Assembly: GCA_017620845.1 (NCBI GenBank)
Contig: JAGAUJ010000012.1
Coordinates: 1,315-65,314, forward strand
Reading direction: 5' to 3'
DNA length: 64,000 bases
Source: Rickettsiales bacterium
GTDB lineage: Bacteria; Pseudomonadota; Alphaproteobacteria; Rickettsiales; UBA1997
The translations under genes were made by a program, and so were the position numbers. Position 1 is the stretch's first letter. Every line of letters starts with the position of its first letter. Of the stretch, positions 10,582 through 20,500 are shown in pieces. Below the pieces are notes generated by a model. The model saw only the letters and a list, made by a program, of their open reading frames with translations. It searched no databases and had not been told where the DNA came from.

Positions 10582-11220
10582 TTATTTTTTTATAAATTGT
10601 TTCAGTATGTTGGTTATATCATTAATATTTTTAACTAAAATATTATTCATACCGACTTTTTTACAAATTTTAGACAAATTTTTTGAATTATCAATCAATA
10701 CACATTCATTATAAGTAAGATTATTTGTTTTTATATAATCTTCAAAAAATAACAATTTTTTATCACAAATATCCTTTTTTAAAAAACCCAATCTATATGA
10801 CACAAGTATATCATCAAATAATTTGTTTAATTTCAAAGATGATATTGTAAAATCAAAAACATCCATATTATCACTGGATAAAATAACATTTATTTCATTA
10901 TTTTGTATTTGTTTAATAATACTTGGTATTTCATTATTTACAAAACATCCATTTTTCGAACTTAATATTAATTCATTTTTTAATATTGCTTTTTTAATTT
11001 TAGTATCTTTATGCACCACATCAATTATATCATTAAAATCTAATTTGCCAAGCATCCAAAAATCTAACAAATTTTTATTTGTTTCAAACAAACTATAATC
11101 AATCTTATCAAACATATATTTAGTTTTTGGTTGTCTTAAACTTTCCCAAAAAACATTATTACTTAATGTGCCATCCCAATCCAAAAATATTGTTTTTATA
11201 TTATCCATAAATTTAACCAA
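10582..11220 (-). CDS. HAD-superfamily hydrolase
   Basis: Motif I FLDWDGTL, motif II SSDN, motif IV LIDN; overlaps the waaA stop. Confidence 0.8.
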   Translation of the reverse strand: MVKFMDNIKTIFLDWDGTLSNNVFWESLRQPKTKYMFDKIDYSLFETNKNLLDFWMLGKLDFNDIIDVVHKDTKIKKAILKNELILSSKNGCFVNNEIPSIIKQIQNNEINVILSSDNMDVFDFTISSLKLNKLFDDILVSYRLGFLKKDICDKKLLFFEDYIKTNNLTYNECVLIDNSKNLSKICKKVGMNNILVKNINDITNILKQFIKK

Positions 11221-12490
11221 TTTTATTTTTTACAATATCTATAATTTGATTTAGAACAACACCACTTTGTAAGCCTTTTCTATAAGAATTATTTATAATA
11301 TTTTTTGTTTTTACATTATCTTGTAATAACTCATTTACAGTTTCAAACAACGTTTCTGCCTTATTATCTTTTATCATAATACAACCTTTTTCATTCAAAA
11401 GATCTTTAAATAACATATAATTATTTTCCACATAAGGACCAGTAACAACACAACAATTATGTTTTATTGCCTCAGCAGGAGTATGACCACCTATATTCCT
11501 TTGTAAAGATCCAGCAATAAACACTATATCATTTAAGTCAAAAAACGTGCCTAATCCACCAAACATATTATATACATAAAAATCTACATCTTCTGTTAAT
11601 TCTTCGCCAGAGGTTGTTGTTATAGATTTTAAATTATGTTTTTTTAACAATTTTAAAACTTCTTCTGTCCTATCTGGATGTCTTATAATAAGCATTGTTA
11701 GTAAATTATTATGTTTATTTTTTAGCAATTTATGTGTTTCAATAATAATTTCTTCTTCACCCTTATGTGTGCAATTTACAAGCCATTTTTTTCTATTTTT
11801 TGTTTTTTCCAATAATTTTTCATATAAATTAATGTCAACATGGCATTTATCTACAAAGAATTTTATATTTCCAATAAATTGAACATTTTGAACACCAAGC
11901 ATGATAAATCTTTTATAATCATTTCTTGACTGTGCTAAACAAATATCTATACTATCAAAAATAGTCTCTTTTAACTTTTTATTTCTATACCAAAATCTAA
12001 AAGATTTTTTAGACATTTTACCATTTAAAACTATTATTGGGCAGAATTTTTTTGTAAGTGTAAATAAATTTGGCCAAAACTCAGACTCAACATTTATTAA
12101 AACATCAGGTTTCCAGTGGTTCAAAAATCTTTTTATAGACCAATAAGTATCTACTGGTGCAAATTGGTGTATCACTTTATTGAGATTTGGAAGTTGTTTA
12201 ATTTTATTTTTAACAGTTTCTGCACTTGTCACACTTGTTGTAGTGATAAGTATATTGTAATTATCATCTTCGTTTAATCTTTTTATAATAGTCCAAGCAG
12301 AATTTATTTCGCCAACACTAACTGCGTTAATCCATATTAATTTACCACTCGGTCTTTTAATTTTTGTTTTACCAAATCTTTCATAAAACCTACTTTTATG
12401 TTCTTTACCTTTTAATTTTCTTATAAATAAATACAAGTGTATTATTGGTGTTAAAATAAATATTAATATTCTGTATATTATTAAATTCAT
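11213..12490 (-). CDS. waaA: 3-deoxy-D-manno-octulosonic acid transferase
   Basis: WINAVSVGE, ESEFWPN, GNIKF, THKGEE, RHPDR, GGHTPAEA. Confidence 0.93.
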   Translation of the reverse strand: MNLIIYRILIFILTPIIHLYLFIRKLKGKEHKSRFYERFGKTKIKRPSGKLIWINAVSVGEINSAWTIIKRLNEDDNYNILITTTSVTSAETVKNKIKQLPNLNKVIHQFAPVDTYWSIKRFLNHWKPDVLINVESEFWPNLFTLTKKFCPIIVLNGKMSKKSFRFWYRNKKLKETIFDSIDICLAQSRNDYKRFIMLGVQNVQFIGNIKFFVDKCHVDINLYEKLLEKTKNRKKWLVNCTHKGEEEIIIETHKLLKNKHNNLLTMLIIRHPDRTEEVLKLLKKHNLKSITTTSGEELTEDVDFYVYNMFGGLGTFFDLNDIVFIAGSLQRNIGGHTPAEAIKHNCCVVTGPYVENNYMLFKDLLNEKGCIMIKDNKAETLFETVNELLQDNVKTKNIINNSYRKGLQSGVVLNQIIDIVKNKIG

Positions 12491-13482
12491 TGTTCAATCC
12501 TTTTTAAAATTTCATTTTTAACATATTCCAATTCATTTGGTTTTTCAAATTGAAAAACATTAATATTATTCATATTATCTGTAATTTTTACTTCTTTTAC
12601 AATATTTTTATCTATTAATAAATTGCAAAATTTAATGTGTTTGTTTTCTAATGATTCATCTGGTTTGTAGACATAAACTGGTTTGCCAGTTGTCGTAATT
12701 TCGGCTATCATTGAAATTGAGTCGGCAGTTAAAAATATTACATCGCTTAAAGCAATAAATGCATAATATGGGTTTAAAGCACTGCTTTTGCCCCATTTAT
12801 ATAAATAATAATCACAATTTATATTTGTATCATTTAGTAAATTAATGCACTCATTTGATGTTCTTCTACTTGTAGATATTAGCAATGTTCCATTTTGTTT
12901 TTTTACAAAATTAGAAATTAATTTTAATATCTTTGTAAAATCTTCTAAATTATATTTCTTTTTTCTCGTATTTCCACCAATCATGAAAGCATAAAATGGT
13001 CTTTTATGATTTTCTAATTGCTTATTCCAAAAGTTTATATCTTCTTGTTTTTCACTTAAATTATCTACACATAATGAGCCGTCAAAAGTAATAATATTTC
13101 TATATTTATTATTTTTTATATTATCATGTGTTGGTAATATAACAAAATCAAAATACCTAAAAGAGTAGTCTGGATTTAATATACTTACAATTTTTATTAT
13201 TTTTTTAGTTTTTTTATAAATATATTTTTTCAAATAAATAGCCAAACCAGCCAATCTTCTTCCTGAAAAAATAATCATATCAGGATAATTTATATCATTT
13301 AATACATCGTCACTTTCTTCAAAATCAATTCCCATTTTAAATGGTTTTATTATATTTGGTATTATAATGTATTTTGTATATTCTATATTTTTTATAACAA
13401 CATCATTACTCAAAGATCTTGCCAAGAATTCACTTTGTTTACTACTTCCAATTTTAAAGTCTTTTAATATCCAAATTTTCAT
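12487..13482 (-). CDS. ELM1/GtrOC1 (DUF1022) family putative glycosyltransferase
   Basis: FDFVILPTHD, MIGG, ISTSRRT, NPYY, TADSISMIAE...TGKPVYV. Confidence 0.85.
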   Translation of the reverse strand: MKIWILKDFKIGSSKQSEFLARSLSNDVVIKNIEYTKYIIIPNIIKPFKMGIDFEESDDVLNDINYPDMIIFSGRRLAGLAIYLKKYIYKKTKKIIKIVSILNPDYSFRYFDFVILPTHDNIKNNKYRNIITFDGSLCVDNLSEKQEDINFWNKQLENHKRPFYAFMIGGNTRKKKYNLEDFTKILKLISNFVKKQNGTLLISTSRRTSNECINLLNDTNINCDYYLYKWGKSSALNPYYAFIALSDVIFLTADSISMIAEITTTGKPVYVYKPDESLENKHIKFCNLLIDKNIVKEVKITDNMNNINVFQFEKPNELEYVKNEILKRIEQ

Positions 13483-13558
13483 TAATTTTATAATTATTGA
13501 ATTTTATTTTAAGTAAATTATTATTTTATTAGTTTAAAAGTCAACAAATAAAACATTT

Positions 13559-14536
13559 ATGATATTTAACAAACAAAAAATTATAGATGCGGGAAGAGAA
13601 TCTATAAAAATAGAAATTAATGGAATAAATACCATAGTTGACAAGTCAATTGATGATAAGTTTGTAAAACTTGTGGAATTGATTTTGAATACAAAGGGAA
13701 GAGTGTTTTTAAGTGCTGTTGGTAAACCAAGTTATATAGCACACAAAACCGCTGCTACATTTGCATCAACTGGAACGCCTGCTTTTTTTATACACCCAGA
13801 TGAAGCAAGTCATGGAGATCTTGGTATGATAACAAAAGATGATATGGTAATATTATTATCAAATTCTGGCGGTTCCGCTGAACTAAATGATATCATTGCT
13901 TATTGCAAAAGATTTTCTATACATTTGGTTGGTATAACAAGAAAAGAAGATTCATTTTTAGCAAAATCTGCTGATTTACCAATAATTTTAGAAAATATGC
14001 CACAAACTAATCTTGTTAATTCTCCCACTACTGATATTATTATGTTTTTGGCTTATCTTGATGCTGTTGCAACAGTATTAATAGATTTAAAAGGTTTTAG
14101 TAATGAAAAATTTAAAATATTTCATCCAGGTGGAAAACTTGGTGCTTCACTTGTAAAAACAAGAGATATAATGAGGACAGGACATAATATTCCAACTATT
14201 AATATAGATGATACAGTTGAAAATGCTATAAATGAAATGACAAATAAAGGTATTGGTGCGGTATGTGTTATAGATAATGATAAGTTAATAGGTATTATTT
14301 CTGATGGAGATTTAAGAAGAAAAACAATAGAATATAAAACAATAATTAATAAAACAATAGAAGAAATAATGACTAAAAATCCAATTTCTATAAATGAAGA
14401 TAGTTTAGCAGTTGAAGCGGTTAATATAATGACTGAAAATAGTAGATATATACAAGTTGTGCCAGTTGTGAATAATGAAGATAATATTGTTGGTATGCTT
14501 CATATTCAAGATTTATTTAAAGCAAAAATTATATAA
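13559..14536 (+). CDS. kdsD: Arabinose-5-phosphate isomerase (KpsF/GutQ, SIS+CBS)
   Basis: KTAATFASTGTPAFFIHPDEASHGDLG, FHPGGKLG, DGDLRR. Confidence 0.94.
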   Translation: MIFNKQKIIDAGRESIKIEINGINTIVDKSIDDKFVKLVELILNTKGRVFLSAVGKPSYIAHKTAATFASTGTPAFFIHPDEASHGDLGMITKDDMVILLSNSGGSAELNDIIAYCKRFSIHLVGITRKEDSFLAKSADLPIILENMPQTNLVNSPTTDIIMFLAYLDAVATVLIDLKGFSNEKFKIFHPGGKLGASLVKTRDIMRTGHNIPTINIDDTVENAINEMTNKGIGAVCVIDNDKLIGIISDGDLRRKTIEYKTIINKTIEEIMTKNPISINEDSLAVEAVNIMTENSRYIQVVPVVNNEDNIVGMLHIQDLFKAKII

Positions 14537-14545
14537 GAGGTTGTT

Positions 14546-15466
14546 ATGTTTAAATTTATGAATACTATAAGTAAAAATGATAAAGAATTAATTAATTCTT
14601 CAAGTAAAATAAAAAGTGGTTTATCTGCACTCTTTAATGGTAAAAAGTTAGATGAAAACATTTTAGAAGAATTGGAAAATTTGATGATTACTGCTGATAT
14701 AAATATTAATATTGTTAATGATATTATTGAATTTTTAAGAAAGAATAAATTTGATAAAAGTATAACAGCAGATGAAGTTAAAGATATTATTTTTAAAAAA
14801 ATAAAAAATATTTTTAATGGAATTATAAATAAAAATATAACACTTGATAAAAAACCTTATGTGATGATGTTTTTGGGTGTTAATGGTTCCGGAAAGACCA
14901 CAATTATTGGAAAGTTGGCACATCAATTAAAACAAGATGGTAAAAAAGTTTTACTTGCTGGTTGTGATACTTTTAGAGTTGGAGCAACTGAACAGTTAAG
15001 TATTTGGAAAGATAGAGCGGGTGTTGATATTGTTTCTGCTGAAAAAGAAGGGGAAGATCCAGCATCTGTTGCTTATAAGGCAATTACAAAAGCAAAACAA
15101 GAAGATTATGATGTTTTATTGATAGATACTGCTGGTAGATTACAAAATAATACAAATTTGATGAATGAATTATCTAAAATTGAAAAAGTTGTTAAAAAAA
15201 TTGATGAAACTGCGCCACATAATAGTGTTATTGTTTTAGATGGAACTACTGGACAAAATGCTATTAAACAAGTTGAATTGTTCCAAAAATATGTAAATAT
15301 TGACAATATTATTATAAATAAGATGGATGGAACTTCAAAAGGTGGTATTTTAGTTTCAATAGTTGATAAGTTTAAAAAACCAATTTTGGCTGTTGGTGTT
15401 GGTGAAAAGATAGAGGATATTAAGAATTTTGATGCAGATGAGTTTATTAATAACTTGTTGTATTAA
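14546..15466 (+). CDS. ftsY: Signal recognition particle receptor (NG domain only)
   Basis: GVNGSGKTT, DTFR, DTAGRLQN, DGTTGQNA, KMDGTSKGG. Confidence 0.96.
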   Translation: MFKFMNTISKNDKELINSSSKIKSGLSALFNGKKLDENILEELENLMITADININIVNDIIEFLRKNKFDKSITADEVKDIIFKKIKNIFNGIINKNITLDKKPYVMMFLGVNGSGKTTIIGKLAHQLKQDGKKVLLAGCDTFRVGATEQLSIWKDRAGVDIVSAEKEGEDPASVAYKAITKAKQEDYDVLLIDTAGRLQNNTNLMNELSKIEKVVKKIDETAPHNSVIVLDGTTGQNAIKQVELFQKYVNIDNIIINKMDGTSKGGILVSIVDKFKKPILAVGVGEKIEDIKNFDADEFINNLLY

Positions 15467-15487
15467 GTTGTAATATTTGTATAAAAA

Positions 15488-16510
15488 ATGAAAATAGAAT
15501 TTAAAAATGTTGAATCTACAATTAATACAATAACAAAACAAAATGATTTTAAGGCTGTGTTATTGTATGGCGAAGATAGTTCTTCCGTAAATAAGAAATT
15601 TAAAACAATACTTAACTTATTTACACAAAAAGGTTATGAGGTCAATGATTTAGCGCAAGAAAGTTTAAAAGAAAATAATACTTTATTAGTGGAAGAGTTT
15701 TTTTCAATTTCAATGTTTGCCACAAATACAATTTATACTTTACGATTATTGGAAAAAGAAAATACTTTTACAAAATATATAGAAGATTTATTTGAAAAAA
15801 ATGATGTTAGCAATATAAATAATTTTTTATTAATTACTGCAAATGGTCTTGATACAAGTTCTTCATTGAGAAAATATGCAGAAAAATCAAAATGGATTGC
15901 TTGTATTGGTTGTTATGAAGAGGATAGCAGAAATATAAGTGTTTTAATTAATACAAAACTAAAAGATAGGGGTTTTGTATATAATCAAGAAGTTGTAAGT
16001 TATATACTTAATGCAGTTGGAAATAATGCTTCTATTATAGAAAATGAAATTGAAAAATTATCACTATATAAAAATAATGATAAAAATTTGTCTATTGTTG
16101 ATGTAAAAAATTGTATTGTTGATATTGCAGAAACAAATTTGGAGGATTTTTGTAATAATTTTTGTGTGTTTAATAAGAGTGAAACATTTAGGATTTTGCA
16201 TAAGATATTTGAGGAAAATATTGATTTATTGGTTATAATTAGGATGTTGGCAAAATACTTTATGCAGTTACAAAAGATAAAATTTTTGGTTGATACTGGT
16301 GAAAATATAGATGTTGTTTTTAAGAGTGAAAGAATATTTTGGAAACAACAAAATAGTATGAAAGTTCATTTGCAAAAATGGTCTTTACAAAAAATAAATA
16401 GATTTTTGGAAATGTTATTAAATATAGAAAAAACTGTAAAGTTTAGTCAAAATAAAAATGTGGAATTTGAGAATTTTGTTGTAAAAAGTATACTTGTTTT
16501 TGAAAAATAA
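15488..16510 (+). CDS. holA: DNA polymerase III subunit delta
   Basis: AVLLYGED, SSLRK, CYEED, NEIEKLSLY; 340 aa. Confidence 0.85.
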   Translation: MKIEFKNVESTINTITKQNDFKAVLLYGEDSSSVNKKFKTILNLFTQKGYEVNDLAQESLKENNTLLVEEFFSISMFATNTIYTLRLLEKENTFTKYIEDLFEKNDVSNINNFLLITANGLDTSSSLRKYAEKSKWIACIGCYEEDSRNISVLINTKLKDRGFVYNQEVVSYILNAVGNNASIIENEIEKLSLYKNNDKNLSIVDVKNCIVDIAETNLEDFCNNFCVFNKSETFRILHKIFEENIDLLVIIRMLAKYFMQLQKIKFLVDTGENIDVVFKSERIFWKQQNSMKVHLQKWSLQKINRFLEMLLNIEKTVKFSQNKNVEFENFVVKSILVFEK

Positions 16511-16582
16511 TATATATTTTTAATATTGATTTTAAAAAAATATATACTAATATTATACATATAACAAAATCATTACCAACTT

Positions 16583-16906
16583 ATGGAGAAAGAAATAAAT
16601 AAAACTATTGGTTTGGCATTGAGGCAATTAAGAAAAGATAAAATTATAACAAAGTGTGACATGCTAAAAATATTAGGTGTATCATCCCAACAATTAAATA
16701 AATATGAAAATGGAACGAATAGAATATCAGCATCAAAACTATTGGTTTTGTTAAATGAATTAAAAATTAGTTTTGATGCTTTTTGTTCAAGAAGCGAAGA
16801 AGCAAATGTAAAAAAACTTACGAAATACTATAATAAAATAGTTAATAGGGAAGCTAAAAATAATATACTAACTTTAATTATAGCGATAGCCAATTCTGAA
16901 AAATAA
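16583..16906 (+). CDS. XRE-family helix-turn-helix regulator
   Basis: IG..LRQLR...LGVSSQQLNKYENGTNRISASKL, typical alphaproteobacterial XRE. Confidence 0.88.
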   Translation: MEKEINKTIGLALRQLRKDKIITKCDMLKILGVSSQQLNKYENGTNRISASKLLVLLNELKISFDAFCSRSEEANVKKLTKYYNKIVNREAKNNILTLIIAIANSEK

Positions 16907-16910
16907 TTAA

Positions 16911-17399
16911 TTATCTTTTACCAATCTCAGTATCTATAAACATTATTGCAGAAATTGAGTCTTTGTTTACTTTTAATTTATTTAGTATTGAATTAGCGGT
17001 TGCTTCTTCTTCAATTTGTTCATTTAAATACCATTGTAAAAATGTCATTGTTGTGTAATCATTTTCTTCTTGTGCAATCCTATATAATTCATAAATGTTT
17101 TTTGTTGTTTCTTCTTCTTTTTTGATTATATATTCAAATACTTCTATTATGTTTGACCATTGATTTTGTGGTTGTTTGACATTCATTATTTTAACTGTTC
17201 CTTGTCTTTCAAATACATAGTTGTAAAATTTCATTGCATGTTCTTGTTCTTCTTTAAATTGTGCCAAGTTCCATTTTGCAAAACCTGATAAATTATTGTT
17301 TTCGCACCAAGTTGCTATTGATAAGTATAAAAATGCATTATCAAATTCGTTTTTAATTTGATTATTGATTGCGCTATTGACTTTTTGCGATAATTTCAT
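16911..17399 (-). CDS. ftnA: Non-heme ferritin
   Basis: NNQIKNE..YLS, EEQEHAMKF, FLQWYLNEQIEEE ferroxidase motifs. Confidence 0.93.
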   Translation of the reverse strand: MKLSQKVNSAINNQIKNEFDNAFLYLSIATWCENNNLSGFAKWNLAQFKEEQEHAMKFYNYVFERQGTVKIMNVKQPQNQWSNIIEVFEYIIKKEEETTKNIYELYRIAQEENDYTTMTFLQWYLNEQIEEEATANSILNKLKVNKDSISAIMFIDTEIGKR

Positions 17400-17545
17400 G
17401 ACAGACTCCTTGTAGAATTATTGATAAAATATCACATGTAGTGTAATAAGTTATTTTACAATGTTCAATAAAAATATCCTTGTTAAATAATGATATTTAT
17501 ATAATAATTGTGTGTGTGAATTAATATGTATTAATTTAATACGTA

Positions 17546-20500
17546 TTAATTATCACCATCCCTATTTACAGTGTTGCTATTATCATCAATTTTTGCACCA
17601 TGTTCAATGTTCCATTTTGTGTTTTCTCGTTCATAATATTCAGCTTCGTCAATATTGTCTATGTATTGTGCCTTTTTATCATTTATACCTTTTTGTCTGT
17701 GTTCTAGTTGTTTTTCATATATAAATTTCTTTATGTTTGAAATTTTAGATTGACCAGATGCTTCAATTTCTTTTTCCAAGTCAAGTATTTTCTTATTTAA
17801 ATTAATTACATCTTCTTCTAATTTATTAATACCATCACGATTTAATAAGTGTTTAAAGAACCAAGCTTTTTTATCTTGTAGTTTTTCATTTTCTTTTTTT
17901 AATAGTCGTGCTTCACCATTTTCTCCAAATAGGTTGCTACCAAGATTATAGATGCCTCTAGCCAATTTATTATTTGTAAGTTTATTTTTGTGTTTAAACT
18001 TATTTTTTAACTTTTCTTTTTGTGTATTTAACCAAACATTATTGTTATTTTTGAAAAATCCAACAAATTTGTTTTCAAATTTTTCCAATCTAAAACCTCT
18101 GTTGAGGAAATTATTCATCTGTTGAGCAATGTTGCCAGCACCGCTTTTTCCGTCTCCAATACCAAGTCTATCTTTCCTTCTTGCTATTCTTGGCTCAGTT
18201 CTATCTCTTCTTTCTTGTAATTTTTGTTCTGTTTTTTCTTTTTCTTTTTGTAATTTGTCTAATTCTTCTTGTTTTTCCCTCATAATGTTTCCTTGACTTA
18301 TGCCATCAGTTTGTTGTCCATTACTTGATAATGTATTTGCTTGTGTATCTGCTATTTCTATTTCTTGTTTTAAAGTAGCAATTCTATTATTTATATTGTT
18401 AAGTTTTTCTTCTTGTCTGTTTATTCCGCCAACAAAGCCAAAACCACGTTTTCCATTTGCATCTTTATAGAAAGATAAATAACCCCTGCCATTTTTTTGT
18501 GCTTTGTTTAGTTTATACTCATTAAAATTAGATCTTATGGTTGCAACTTTTTGTGCAATACTATCTACATTGTTGCTTATATTTCCAGCAATACCAAGTG
18601 CTACATTTCCTATATAATTTTGTCTAAATTCGTCTCCAAGTTTTTTACCAGTACTCATGGCTTGATTTACACTATCGTTAATTTTATCTTGTTGGATACT
18701 ATCTTTTCCGGATAATTTAGATGCGCTTCCAATTTTGAATATATTTTCTATTATATTATTTAAATCATCTAAAAATGAATCTGATAATTTAAAAAATAAG
18801 AATACAATAACTATATTCACTAATAAATCAAATAAATGTTCACTAAATATGAGTGGAAGAATTGTTCCTATTGTTGTAGTAATATTTTGATTAACTAAAC
18901 AGAAAAATGATAAAGTTCCTTCTAAACATTCTACATTTGGTCCTCTACCGATTTTACTATGTTTATTAAATTCAACACCATCACCGATTAAGACTATATC
19001 CATTAAATTAACATATAATATTAATAAAGCCAATCCAAATGATGGTTTTATTACAGTTCCTAAAATATATTCAAACCATTTTTCATAATAACTCTTTGTT
19101 TTATCAAAAAACATCATCGGCAAAATTATTGGTGATAAAAATATTAATATTGATAATATAAAAAATGATGATGTAAATAAGTAAACTGCCTTTAATAAAA
19201 CATTAAACATCATAAACATAAATGTCATCATTAAACCAAATATCATAGAACCCAATCCGCCTACAATTTTACTTATAGCGCTATTTGAATTTGGAAAAAT
19301 TAATTGTGGTAACAACATTACTGCACTATATATTAGTAAATTTGGTACAGCTGAATCTGTTGAATAACCAAGATATCTTATCATTTTACAATCTAATGTA
19401 TCAAAGAAAGATAAATAACTTTTGCTATATTCATATTCTGTTGTATCAAAGTAACAACCATCATAATCTTTATTCCATAATCCACCAGTAGTTTCCAAAT
19501 CTGTCCAAGTTGAGCTTGATAGTGAAGTGCATTGATTAATATTTTTATTTAATAAACTGTCTATATCATTGGTATTTGTGATTTTAATTTTTAGTTTATT
19601 TGTGTTTTTTTTATTATATTGATCTATATAATAAAGTAATTTTGATATTTCTTGATTATTTGAAATAATTTGTCTACAGGCATTCGTTTGTTTTGGGAAA
19701 TTATTATTTTTTGTTACAAGAATTTCTGTTAATGGTTTTTTTCTATATCCATTATCACAACGTCCTAAAAGGTCGTTTTTTATTTTAAAGTCAATATTAT
19801 TAAACATATCATATCTGTAACATATAAATGTATCTGTTTCTGTGTTGGTTGCACCATCAACTTGAACAATTTTTATTATTTTACCGCTTCCATTATTAAT
19901 TTCTAATATTTGATTTTTTGGATTTTTAACAACTTTAACAAATAATCTATTAACAAAATCATATGTTGCAGTTGAAAAATTAACAATATAATCATAAATT
20001 CCATTTCTCCAACCATTACTAAATACTAAATATGCAACGAGACTAAATTTTGATGTTTGAAGAACTAAATTTGGCATATGTTTTGATATAAAATCTTTTT
20101 CAAAAATATTATAATCTCCAACTATTAATTTTTTATATGATGAAACAACTAAAAATAGGCACAGTGTTATTTTTATAATGTTTACAAAGTATTTTTGTAT
20201 TTTTAAAAATGGGTTATAGTCTGCCGGCAATTCTATACCTTTAATCATATAAACATCATTAACTTTGTTATATTTACCTTCAAAAAATTTTGTGTTACTA
20301 TGTTTTAAATTGTATTCAACATCTTCTTTGGTGTCAAATTCACAGTAACCATCTTCATTTAAATCAACACCTTCGGCGCAAGAGCTTATACCAGCAATAC
20401 CATTAACAAGATTTTTTAAACTTTCATATACACATTCAACAATCGGAACAGATAATTGCCTTGGAATTCCACCTCTATCAGTTTGTAATATATTTCTTGA

